Assembly: GCA_963664225.1 (NCBI GenBank)
Contig: OY760937.1
Coordinates: forward strand, 5,568,001 to 5,632,000
DNA from: Verrucomicrobiia bacterium
GTDB lineage: Bacteria; Verrucomicrobiota; Verrucomicrobiia; Limisphaerales; UBA1319
Direction of reading: 5' to 3'
Length of the DNA stretch: 64,000 nucleotides
Below, piece by piece: positions 28,997 to 38,203 of this stretch. Under the pieces are notes generated by a model. The model was not told the origin of the DNA and made no database searches. It saw only the letters and a list, made by a program, of their open reading frames with translations. Position 1 is the stretch's first letter. Each line of letters starts with the position of its first letter. A program made the translations under genes and the position numbers.

Positions 28997-31267
28997 ATGA
29001 TTGCAAGAGTCCGACTCGATCTGGGTGTTTCAAAGGAATTCGATTACCTGATTCCTGCCGAATGGGAGGACAAGGTTGAGGCCGGGTGTCGGGTCAAGGT
29101 GCCGTTTGGAGGACGACAGGTTCTAGGCTGCGTGATTTCATTGGAGACGACCTCTCCGCACGCGAATCTGCGCCCCCTGCTCAAACTCATTGGCGGGCAA
29201 TCGCTGGTCACTCCAGAAGTACTGAATCTGGCGCGTTGGATTTCCACGTACTACTGCTGTCCGCTGGAGGTGGCTTTAAAAAGCGTGCTGCCGGAGGCGG
29301 TCCGCAAAGAAAAACAAGGGTGGAAAGAACAGCTCTCCGTTCGCGCGCACACGCCACAGGGTGAAATGCCGGAGTTGACAAGTCGGCAAAGCGACATCTG
29401 GAAGGTCATCAGCGCCTGGGGCGAAATGCCGTTGCAGGAATTACTGAAGGTGGCGGAAACAACGGCGGATACGGTTCGGAAACTCGAAGACAAGGGATTG
29501 GTCACGATCGGCTTGAAGGTGCATGAGCGGGATCCTTACGGGCGCGAGCAAATTCTGGCCTCGAAACCGTTGCCACTGAATACGGACCAGGCGCGCGCTT
29601 TGGAGGCGATCATGGCAGCGATGAACGCACCGCTGCCGGTGGCGTCCAAGGAGGTTTCCGGGGCGCAATCCGCTGCGGATCCTGTTTTGTCGCGAACGTT
29701 TTTGCTGCATGGAGTCACCGGGAGCGGAAAGACGGAGGTGTATTTGCAGGCCATTGCGCACGCTTTGGAACGCGGGCAGGGGGCCATTGTTCTGGTGCCG
29801 GAAATATCGCTGACTCCTCAGACGGTGGAGCGCTTCAAGGCCCGTTTTTGCGCGGGGCAATTGCAGACATTAGTCGCGGTCCTGCACAGCCATTTATCAT
29901 CGGGCGAGCGTCATGATGAGTGGCATAAAATCCGACAGGGCAGGGCGCGGATTGTCATTGGGGCGCGGTCCGCGGTGTTTGCCCCGGTGGAACGGTTGGG
30001 CCTGATCATCGTGGATGAGGAGCATGAATATTCCTACAAACAGGAGGAGGCGCCCCGGTATCATGCCCGCGATGTGGCGGTGGTGAGGGGTCAGAGGGAG
30101 GGTGCGGTGGTGGTGCTGGGCACCGCGACGCCATCGATGGAGAGTTATTACAACGCGCGCAAGGGAAAATACACGCTGCTGGAAATGCCGATCCGGGCGG
30201 ATGACAAGAAAATGCCGGTGGTGCGCGTGGTGGACATGCGGCAGGAATCGCGAAAACAAAAGGGGCCGCCCGTGTTTTCATTAAAACTCAAAGAGGCGAT
30301 CACACAGCGACTCGAGAGACACGAGCAGACCATGCTGTTTTTGAATCGCCGTGGATATTCGACGGCTCTGCAGTGCCCCAAATGCGGTTATGTGGCCGGG
30401 TGCCCGAATTGCAGCGTGTCACTGACCTACCACCGTCAGGCGGGCAAACTCTGCTGTCATATTTGCGGTTTCGAAGAGCAGGCGCCCACGGTTTGTCCGG
30501 AGCCGAACTGCAAAAATCCTGCGATCCGATATTCCGGTTTGGGCACTGAGAAGGTGGAAGATGTGCTGTCCAAACTTTTTCCCGGGGCGCGCGTGCGCAG
30601 GATGGACTCGGACACCCTGAAACGGAAGGATGATTTCCGGCGCATACTCAGCGAATTTCGCGTTGGCAAGATCGACATTTTACTTGGAACGCAAATGATT
30701 GCCAAGGGGCTGCATTTTCCCAACGTCACGCTGGTGGGGATTATTTATGCGGACTTGAGTTTGCACATGCCGGATTTTCGCGCGGGGGAGCGCACGTTCC
30801 AACTGCTCACCCAGGTGGCGGGGCGCGCCGGGCGGGGGGACGTTGAAGGCGAGGTGGTGGTGCAGGCCTTCACGCCATTTCATCCGGCGATCCAATTTGC
30901 CCGGGGACATGACTATGTGGGTTTCTACGAACAGGAAATCGAGTTTCGTGAGCAACTCAAGTATCCCCCGGCAAGCCGCATTGCGCTGCTGACGCTGAAA
31001 GGACGCAACGAGGAGAAACTGGAATTCTCGGCGAATTACCTGCGGAAAGAGCTGGAGAAATCATGCCAGAAAATCACCGATCTGGTGATCGCCGGGCCCT
31101 CTCCGGCCCCGTTATTGCGGGCGGAGACGTTTTACCGGCACCAGATCATGCTCCGCACGCGGCAGATGAGTCTGCTGGGTCGGCAATTGTCGGGACTGAT
31201 CGCGGGTCTCAAACTGCCGGAGGACGTGAGCCTGAGCGTCGATGTCGATCCTGTGGATTTAATGTAA
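28997..31267 (+). CDS. priA: Primosomal protein N'
   Basis: GVTGSGKTEVY, VPEISLTPQ, DEEH, four CxxC-type zinc motifs, QVAGRAGR. Confidence 0.98.
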   Translation: MIARVRLDLGVSKEFDYLIPAEWEDKVEAGCRVKVPFGGRQVLGCVISLETTSPHANLRPLLKLIGGQSLVTPEVLNLARWISTYYCCPLEVALKSVLPEAVRKEKQGWKEQLSVRAHTPQGEMPELTSRQSDIWKVISAWGEMPLQELLKVAETTADTVRKLEDKGLVTIGLKVHERDPYGREQILASKPLPLNTDQARALEAIMAAMNAPLPVASKEVSGAQSAADPVLSRTFLLHGVTGSGKTEVYLQAIAHALERGQGAIVLVPEISLTPQTVERFKARFCAGQLQTLVAVLHSHLSSGERHDEWHKIRQGRARIVIGARSAVFAPVERLGLIIVDEEHEYSYKQEEAPRYHARDVAVVRGQREGAVVVLGTATPSMESYYNARKGKYTLLEMPIRADDKKMPVVRVVDMRQESRKQKGPPVFSLKLKEAITQRLERHEQTMLFLNRRGYSTALQCPKCGYVAGCPNCSVSLTYHRQAGKLCCHICGFEEQAPTVCPEPNCKNPAIRYSGLGTEKVEDVLSKLFPGARVRRMDSDTLKRKDDFRRILSEFRVGKIDILLGTQMIAKGLHFPNVTLVGIIYADLSLHMPDFRAGERTFQLLTQVAGRAGRGDVEGEVVVQAFTPFHPAIQFARGHDYVGFYEQEIEFREQLKYPPASRIALLTLKGRNEEKLEFSANYLRKELEKSCQKITDLVIAGPSPAPLLRAETFYRHQIMLRTRQMSLLGRQLSGLIAGLKLPEDVSLSVDVDPVDLM

Positions 31268-31316
31268 AGGCCTGATGCGGGGCGCAGAACATATTTCCTC
31301 AGGAACAAAGACGGAG

Positions 31317-31350
31317 TTTTACATGGATAAATAGGATGGACAGGATGGGG
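31317..31350. repeat. Short ~9-bp periodic intergenic repeat
   Basis: ttttaca-tggataaat-aggatggac-aggatgggg, between convergent genes. Confidence 0.55.
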
Positions 31351-31430
31351 AAAAGAAACGAGGTGCGGGTGAAATTGGTGAGCACATTGTAGTTTGGAAT
31401 GGGAAAAGAGTGCCTCGCTAAATTGGATTA

Positions 31431-32543
31431 TTACGGGGCGGTTCCGCTGCAACGCTGAACAGCCGCAGCCGCTTTTGTTGCGGCTTCGGATTGGTTCAAG
31501 GATTGCCACAAATGCAGACTTGCCTGCCAATGCTCCAGCGCCCTGGAAGTATTGCCCGCAGATTCGATCAGGGCCGCGCAGGATTCATGCGCTCTTGCGA
31601 GATCCGCTTGTTCCGCGGTGACGGGTTTGTTGAGTTTCTTGAGGCAATCGATCAGCGAATCCAGAGCGCGGCATTGTTCGAAAGGTTTGTGCGCCAGGGC
31701 AAAATTCGCAGAGGCCCGCCTTAAGAGTTTTTCGGCGGAATTCAGGTCGTTGCCTTGTTTCAGAAAAGTTTCTCCCTGACCTTCCAGGCAGCGCGCAATG
31801 CCGTTCATTTCACCCAGAGTCTCGTATGTATTTAAGGCCTTTCCCCAGGCTTGAAAAGAGGCGGTCCAGTTGGATTGGGCCAGGAACAGCCGGGCAATAT
31901 TTTCAGCCACGGCGGCCTGACCGGTCTGGTGTTGGATTGTCGCGAACGCCAGATCGGCGCGTTGAAGGGCATTGGAGGCGTGGGTGAAATCACCTTGTTG
32001 CAGGAACCATCGTCCCTGCTCATTGCGAAAAAGCCCTGTTATTTCTGGGTCGGATTGAGAATCGATGCGTTCCGACAACTGCGAAAATTGCTGGACCAAG
32101 TTGGTCGATGATCCAGAGGTGGAATTTTCCCGGGTCCATTGAATGAGGGCGATTTGATTGCGCCACCATGCATTGGTTTGGTGGGTCTCAATATTGAGCG
32201 CGGCAGCCATCAACAAATTGCTCTGAGCGGATTGCGATTGATACAACTCCCGTTGTGCCTGCGCGAGATTATGCAGGGCCGCGGCCTGAGAGACCAGATC
32301 GTTGAGAGCCGCAAAGCGTTCGGCGGTCACACGCCATTGTCGCGCCGCGGCGGACCAGTTTTCAACCGAGGTGAGTCGGGTGGCGGTGTCAGCCATGATT
32401 CCCGCCTGGAGCCTGGCGGGTGGAAGCGCCGCAGGAGGCGGGGCGCTCGAACAGGCGGTCAGGAGCAGGCAGAGCAACGCCATGCCAAGACAGGCGAACC
32501 AGGATGGATCGATCTGCGCTGCCGAAGGTGAGTTCATTTTCAT
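31431..32543 (-). CDS. TPR-like helical lipoprotein
   Basis: Lipobox LTAC and Ala-rich helical repeats. Translationally coupled to the MlaD-like gene. Confidence 0.7.
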   Translation of the reverse strand: MKMNSPSAAQIDPSWFACLGMALLCLLLTACSSAPPPAALPPARLQAGIMADTATRLTSVENWSAAARQWRVTAERFAALNDLVSQAAALHNLAQAQRELYQSQSAQSNLLMAAALNIETHQTNAWWRNQIALIQWTRENSTSGSSTNLVQQFSQLSERIDSQSDPEITGLFRNEQGRWFLQQGDFTHASNALQRADLAFATIQHQTGQAAVAENIARLFLAQSNWTASFQAWGKALNTYETLGEMNGIARCLEGQGETFLKQGNDLNSAEKLLRRASANFALAHKPFEQCRALDSLIDCLKKLNKPVTAEQADLARAHESCAALIESAGNTSRALEHWQASLHLWQSLNQSEAATKAAAAVQRCSGTAP

Positions 32544-33679
32544 CGGGCACCTCCGGCACTGGGTTTGACGATGCTCTGGAGGGGAGAATTCGTTGCTGGA
32601 CGGAAGGAAGATTTGAGCAGCCAGTTGCGTTTGAGTCCCTGCACCAGGTCGTCGGCATTTACGATGAGACTGGAAATCTCGGTGAGCATCAGGCTGTTTG
32701 CCTGCACCTGGGCGTTGAGATTGCTGGTGATATCCGCCAATTGGAACAGAGTCTGGTTAAGGTTTGAGCTGACGGTGTACAGGTTGGTGTCTGCGGTGCG
32801 GATGGTGGCGTTTGCGGAGACCAGAGTGGTCTGAAGCTGGGAGTTGAGGTTAGTGGGGATGAGCCATTCGCCCAGGGAGCCATGAGGATCGCGGAGGCGT
32901 TCCGAGATGGCCGCAAGATTGGTGACCAGCGGTTGGGCGCCGGACACGGTGTCATTGAGCTTTGCAAGAAGAGTGGAGCTTTTGGTGAGAGTGTCTGTGA
33001 CTTGATTGGTGAGGCTCAACACGCCGGGCATGGCTCTCTGAACTTCGGAAATGACCGACTCGAGCCGATCGGCCAAAGCCGGGGATTCCTCTGCAACCAG
33101 CCAATAGGGGGAGGCCTTTTCCCACTTTTGATTCTTTGTATTGAACTTTTCAAAGTTGCGGTTCAGCGCGATGTAATTGGTGGATCGTTCGCTAAAAACG
33201 GCGGTGATGATTGAATCCGGACGCAACTCACCCGAATCGGTGTTATCGACCTGATAAGTCGCGTGACCGTTGGTGCCCTTGGTCACCTCAAGAAAACGAT
33301 TTCCAAGAAAATCGCCCGAAGTGATTTTGACCTTTGAGTCGTCCCATAAATATCCGAAGTAGGGAGAACGAATGCGAAATCTTACGTAAACATTCCATTC
33401 CGGTTCGCTGGGGGGCATGGGGGTGATTTCGGTGATATCGCCGGCGCTAAAACCCATGAGCATGACCGGATCGCCCACCTTCAAACCGGAAGCAGATCGC
33501 AGGAAAGTGAAATACGGGGCATGGGTGATGAACCAGCCTTTGCGCTGGGCGGTGTTGTAGAGATAATAGGCGAAGCCGGCCAGGAGCAACAGCGTGGCCA
33601 TAAGCACAAACACACCCACCGCGCGCTCCATGCGGCTGAGGCGGGTGCGAAGTTGCGGGGTAAGATCTTGGAGGGCCAT
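32540..33679 (-). CDS. MlaD/MCE-domain protein
   Basis: N-terminal TM, ASGLKVGDPV..MG...G.I, DFLGNRFLEV, long helical C-terminus. Confidence 0.88.
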   Translation of the reverse strand: MALQDLTPQLRTRLSRMERAVGVFVLMATLLLLAGFAYYLYNTAQRKGWFITHAPYFTFLRSASGLKVGDPVMLMGFSAGDITEITPMPPSEPEWNVYVRFRIRSPYFGYLWDDSKVKITSGDFLGNRFLEVTKGTNGHATYQVDNTDSGELRPDSIITAVFSERSTNYIALNRNFEKFNTKNQKWEKASPYWLVAEESPALADRLESVISEVQRAMPGVLSLTNQVTDTLTKSSTLLAKLNDTVSGAQPLVTNLAAISERLRDPHGSLGEWLIPTNLNSQLQTTLVSANATIRTADTNLYTVSSNLNQTLFQLADITSNLNAQVQANSLMLTEISSLIVNADDLVQGLKRNWLLKSSFRPATNSPLQSIVKPSAGGAR

Positions 33680-33687
33680 AATCGTAT

Positions 33688-34488
33688 TTAAGTATTTTCA
33701 GCCATTTTAGGAAGCACATCTTCCAATAACGGCTCCTTCCCAAGCAAAAGTTCAGGTGAGTCAGGCAGTGGGATCCAACGTTTTTGCCTGAGCAATCCAA
33801 ATTTCCGGCCAGGTTGCAGCCAGGGTCGAAAATCGTCCGTGGCCACCACCAGAGTGAGAGGTTTACCCCCGTAAAGCGCGTGGCCGCGCGACAGATCGTA
33901 TAGAAATTCCAACCACCAATTGGACTGCCTTGGATCAAGCCCTGTCAGGGGATTATCGAGCAGAAGCAACTCGGGACGCAGAATCAGGGCGCGCGCCAGG
34001 CTTGCCCGCTGACGCCAACTCCTGCCAAGGCGTCCCGCGTTATGGTACGCCAGAAAATCCAGTCCCGTGGCCTCAAGAAGATCATTAACCTGCCCCAAAG
34101 CGTCGTTTACAGCGCAGTCGTGTTGGTAGCACCAAGGCAGTGCGATGTTTTCGAGAACCGTGAGGTATTCAAAGATCCTGCCCCCATCCCCAAAAACCAG
34201 ACCAATCCGGCGCCTGAAACCGGCAAAGTCATCCCCTTCGATGTCGGAAGTTGCATGTCCAAACAATCGCAGCGAACCGCCGATCAACCGCGTGAGACCA
34301 ATCGAGGTGGTCAACAGATCGCTTTTACCGGAATTTGGGAGTCCACCCACGATCCAAAAATCGCCGGGCCGAATGGACCAATTGATGTTCTCCAAGAGAG
34401 GCGGTTCGCCATCGTGATGCGCGGCCACCGTTACGTCGATCATCTCAACGACCGGTTCTGCGAATTGGGTTGTCTGGTCCTGAGGCAT
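33688..34488 (-). CDS. ABC ATP-binding protein (MlaF-like), degenerate motifs
   Basis: Walker A GLPNSGKS, TVLENIALP, LARALILRPELLLLDNPLTGLD. ATG overlaps the mlaE-like stop. Confidence 0.85.
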   Translation of the reverse strand: MPQDQTTQFAEPVVEMIDVTVAAHHDGEPPLLENINWSIRPGDFWIVGGLPNSGKSDLLTTSIGLTRLIGGSLRLFGHATSDIEGDDFAGFRRRIGLVFGDGGRIFEYLTVLENIALPWCYQHDCAVNDALGQVNDLLEATGLDFLAYHNAGRLGRSWRQRASLARALILRPELLLLDNPLTGLDPRQSNWWLEFLYDLSRGHALYGGKPLTLVVATDDFRPWLQPGRKFGLLRQKRWIPLPDSPELLLGKEPLLEDVLPKMAENT

Positions 34489-35315
34489 CAAAAAAGCAAA
34501 TAGAGAATAAAAAAGGTGTCCCAGAGGACGCAAAGTATCAAGCTGTAAACCACGGCGCGTGTGGCGGCCTGGGCGACCTCCTGCTGGCGCAGGGGCTTGG
34601 CAAGGCCTTCGTAACATGTGACCACGGCAATGGTGGCCCCGAAAAACATTGTTTTAAGGGCAAGAATCACAAAATCCTCCCAACGCAGCGCCAGGGCGAG
34701 CTGATTCATGTATTGGCCGGGCTTGAGGGGAACATCCTGGAGAAAGGCGAAAACAAAACCGCTGAAAAGGGCAATGAGAATGAGGTAAACCGTCAGCGAA
34801 AATATCGAGATCGACAATCCAATAACCCGCGGCACGACCAGATAATGAATGGGATCGATCCCAAGAGCCTCCAGGGCTTCAACCTGACCTGAAGCCCGCA
34901 CCTGGCCCAGCTCGATGACGGTGGCTGTTCCAACGCGCGCGAGCACGAGCAAAGCGGTAATCAGGGGTCCCAACTCTCGAACGACCGCGATGACCATGAC
35001 GGTGCCCGCATAATTCTGGGCGCCAAAGCGGGTGAGAATCGAAACAGTCTGGCCAATAACGGTGAATCCCAGAGCCAGTGCCATGAAGGCAATGATCGGC
35101 ATCATCCTGATCCCGGCTCTCCAGATTTGCTGTTGGATCAAGGGATGAATGACGTGAGAAGAAGTACTCCACTTGGACAGGGTCACCCCGAGAGTGATCA
35201 GAGAAAATGCGCCCAAACCGCGCGCCAATTCGCCCATGGCCAGCAATTGGCGTCCCATGAAGTTGAGATAGGACTGCGGCAGGCTAACTGGCAGCAGATC
35301 CAACCCACTCCTCAT
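34488..35315 (-). CDS. MlaE-family ABC permease
   Basis: RELGPLITALLVLARVG...ELG, EALEALGIDPIHYLVVPR. Start uncertain. Confidence 0.9.
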   Translation of the reverse strand: MRSGLDLLPVSLPQSYLNFMGRQLLAMGELARGLGAFSLITLGVTLSKWSTSSHVIHPLIQQQIWRAGIRMMPIIAFMALALGFTVIGQTVSILTRFGAQNYAGTVMVIAVVRELGPLITALLVLARVGTATVIELGQVRASGQVEALEALGIDPIHYLVVPRVIGLSISIFSLTVYLILIALFSGFVFAFLQDVPLKPGQYMNQLALALRWEDFVILALKTMFFGATIAVVTCYEGLAKPLRQQEVAQAATRAVVYSLILCVLWDTFFILYLLF

Positions 35316-35448
35316 TCGTGTTTCATTGTCTTCGTCTTTTCCCACAATGCCAATGAGGCGGATGGTATGACGCCCCCAAATGCCGGTCAAAGAAGTTCTG
35401 AAAGATTGTAATCGACCAATGATCGCTGGGAATGCCAGACATAGTGGT

Positions 35449-36027
35449 TCAGGAGAGTTGTATCCAACGTTCGAGTTCCAGGCGCAGACGTTCGACTGGC
35501 AATCCGACGACATTGCTAAAGGACCCACTGATATTCGAGACGATCAGATCACCGTGTTCCTGAATGGCGTAAGCACCCGCCTTGTCGAGAGGATTGGTTT
35601 TGGTCAGATAATTGTCAATTTGGTCCTCTGATAGCGGGCGGAAGACCACCTCTGTGGAGTCGGCAAAAAGGCGTTCATTCCTGCCAGCCCGATGCATGAG
35701 ACAAACGCCTGTGATGACCTGATGTGATTTTCCCTGAAGAGTGGAGAGCATGGACCGGGCGTGCTCCATGTCGGCAGGCTTCCCGAAGGTCTCGTTTTCC
35801 AGGCAAACGACCGTATCTGCTCCAATGACCAGGGAGTCGGGATGACGACGGGCGATCAGGGCGGCTTTGCGATGGGCGTTCAGACGGGCGGACTCGCCGG
35901 GGGTCAAATGTTCCGGCTGCGACTCGGGGGCATTGCTGATGACGACGCGGAATTCCAAACCCATTTCCCGGAGCAACTGAACCCTGCGGGGTGAAGCTGA
36001 AGCCAAAATTAACGGCGGCAGAACCAT
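35449..36027 (-). CDS. maf: Maf-family nucleotide pyrophosphatase
   Basis: ILASASPRR, IGADTVV, GKP, DKAGAYAIQ, NVVGLP. Confidence 0.96.
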   Translation of the reverse strand: MVLPPLILASASPRRVQLLREMGLEFRVVISNAPESQPEHLTPGESARLNAHRKAALIARRHPDSLVIGADTVVCLENETFGKPADMEHARSMLSTLQGKSHQVITGVCLMHRAGRNERLFADSTEVVFRPLSEDQIDNYLTKTNPLDKAGAYAIQEHGDLIVSNISGSFSNVVGLPVERLRLELERWIQLS

Positions 36028-36129
36028 AATAAAGCCACCTTAATGGTCTGCACCGGAATTCGCAACGCGCATTTGAAACGCGGGAACCGTCCACAAACAG
36101 GCAAGGATGCCAAGAAAGGGGGAAGGCCA

Positions 36130-38096
36130 GTAGAGTAGAGAGGAGAGCACGGAATGAAAGGCGCAAAGGCCAATGACCGCCGCTCACCTCTCCCTCGTCA
36201 AACCGGACATGCAGATTTCCCACATCCGGCTTTCGCCAGAGTCGTCTTTTCCAGATTGCATTCACAATGCCTTCAGGCCCAGTGTTTCGAGATGGGCATA
36301 GAGCGTGACTCCCTGACGGACGCGCCAGCCCCGCTGGCTTCGTCGTCGCAGGTGTTTGCCCAGCCGCACTCTCACGAAGTGGTTGATCTGGCGAAAGGCC
36401 CGTCGGGGTTGTCCGAGGTTGAAGTAGTTGCTCCAACCCCGCAAATGACGGTTGATCCGCCCGATCAACTCCGGCAGCGGCGTATGACTTTGCCCGGCAT
36501 TGATCAGCAGTCGCAACGCCTGCCTCTCCCGTTCCATCGCCTTGCCCGAAGGACACAGGTTGAGGTAGTGAAACGCCCTGCCGAATTGATCCCGGTCATA
36601 CCGGAAGGTGTAGCCCAGAAAGTCCAGGCTTTGCTCGTTGACGTTGACCACCCGGGTTTTGTCCCGGTTGATTTCCAGTGTGAGCCAGCCCTCCAGCTTT
36701 TCCTCAATCCATGCTCGCAGCTTGGGACCCATATACCGGGCCATGACCACAAAGTCGTCCGCATAGCGAACGAGCCGGGCATCCGCCCAGTGCGCCGGTC
36801 CATCCGCCCTTTGGAACAGGTGGTCGAACCAGTGCAGGTATATGTTGGCCAGTAACGGAGAGAGGACTCCGCCTTGCGGCGTGCCCCGATCCCGGCGGTT
36901 GACCCGAGGCGGTTCCTCTCCTTGGGGAGGTTCCACCACGGGGGCCGCCAGCCATTGCCGGATGAGTCCCAGAACCGCGCCGTCCACCACGCGCATCCGC
37001 ACGCAAGCCAGAAGCTTGTCGTGTGGAATGCTGTCGAAGTATCCGGCCAAGTCCGCGTCATACACTGCGTTCTTCCCCTCCTTCAGGTGTTTTTGGAGGG
37101 TTTGCAATGCGTCGTGCGCCGACCGTCCGGGCCGAAACCCGTAGGAACAATCCTCAAAGTCCGCTTCGAAGATGGGTTCCAGAATCAGCAATACCGCCGC
37201 TTGCACCACCCGATCCTTCACCGTCGGGATTCCCAGTGGCCGCAGTTTTCCGTTTGCCTTCGGTATATAGACCCGCCGCACCGGTTGGGCGCGGTAGGTC
37301 TTGTCCCGCAGGCTCTGCCTGATCGTTTCCAGAAACGCCGCTTCATTTTCAGGTGTCGCGGTGATTCGGTCGATGCTCACTCCGTCCACGCCCGGCGCCC
37401 CGCCGTTGCGCCGCACCGCAGCCCATGCCGCTTGCAGCACCTCCGGCAGGAACACCAGTCCGTAGAGACTGTAGAAGCGGAATCGCTTCTCTTGTTTGGC
37501 TTTCCGGCCCAGCTTCTGTCTCAGTTCCTGAAGTTTGGGCGGCAGGATCGCTTCCCGAAAGGAAAGTTCCTCCACCGCTTGTTCTGTCGTGGAAGTTTTC
37601 ACTTCAATCAGCTCCAGTTCCCTCTGACTCGGCTTGACTCTGGCCAGGGCTCCTTGGCTCCATCCCGGCTTGACCGGGATTTCGCAGCTACTATGAGCCC
37701 GTCCGACTCCCTGATCCTGAGCGCCCGCCGGTTATGGCTTCCCGACGTGCGTTCCCCGGTCTCGGGACCGAGGTTCAGGCAGGGTCTCCCAAGTTCCTGA
37801 TGGTTGTTTGGGTACGCGCTGTCTCCTCTGACCCCGGGGAGCTTGAAGGGTGCTTCTGGTCGAATCTTCCCCTCCAATGCTGGCTTCACCTTCTCTGACA
37901 GGCTGGCCACTCCCGCTTTAGAGTAACGAGGCTGAATCGAGTTCGCAGACGCTACGGCTCGCACCTTTGCCTTGCCCAGCTTGAACGCGGCGGGTCGCCC
38001 CACCACGCTTTGGACGCGGCTACATGACTCTCGACCTGTTATCATGATCAACTCGTTGCATTTGACTACAGCCACCAAACTTTGCTTGGCGCTTTC
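36130..38096 (-). mobile_element. Group II intron 1 (RT without endonuclease domain)
   Basis: Domain V AAGCCGGATGTGGGAAATCTGCATGTCCGGTTT, domain VI with bulged A ending CTCTAC, internal RT ORF. The 5' boundary is inferred from EBS1 and target reconstruction. Confidence 0.92.
36262..37602 (-). CDS. ltrA: Group II intron reverse transcriptase/maturase
   Basis: [52 protein letters not shown], domain X (LRGWSNYF). No HNH. Confidence 0.96.
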   Translation of the reverse strand: MKTSTTEQAVEELSFREAILPPKLQELRQKLGRKAKQEKRFRFYSLYGLVFLPEVLQAAWAAVRRNGGAPGVDGVSIDRITATPENEAAFLETIRQSLRDKTYRAQPVRRVYIPKANGKLRPLGIPTVKDRVVQAAVLLILEPIFEADFEDCSYGFRPGRSAHDALQTLQKHLKEGKNAVYDADLAGYFDSIPHDKLLACVRMRVVDGAVLGLIRQWLAAPVVEPPQGEEPPRVNRRDRGTPQGGVLSPLLANIYLHWFDHLFQRADGPAHWADARLVRYADDFVVMARYMGPKLRAWIEEKLEGWLTLEINRDKTRVVNVNEQSLDFLGYTFRYDRDQFGRAFHYLNLCPSGKAMERERQALRLLINAGQSHTPLPELIGRINRHLRGWSNYFNLGQPRRAFRQINHFVRVRLGKHLRRRSQRGWRVRQGVTLYAHLETLGLKAL

Positions 38097-38151
38097 CAGA
38101 TGGCTCAGATAAACACAGAGGGGGGACCGTGAATGATGGTTCGTTTAAATG

Positions 38152-38180
38152 AAAAAGGGGGAGGTTCGAGCCTCCCCCTT
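38152..38180 (-). terminator. Intrinsic terminator of gltA
   Basis: 10-bp stem AAGGGGGAGG/CCTCCCCCTT with a T-run on the minus strand. Confidence 0.8.
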
Positions 38181-38203
38181 GTCAGGAAACCGAAAGGTCT
38201 GTT

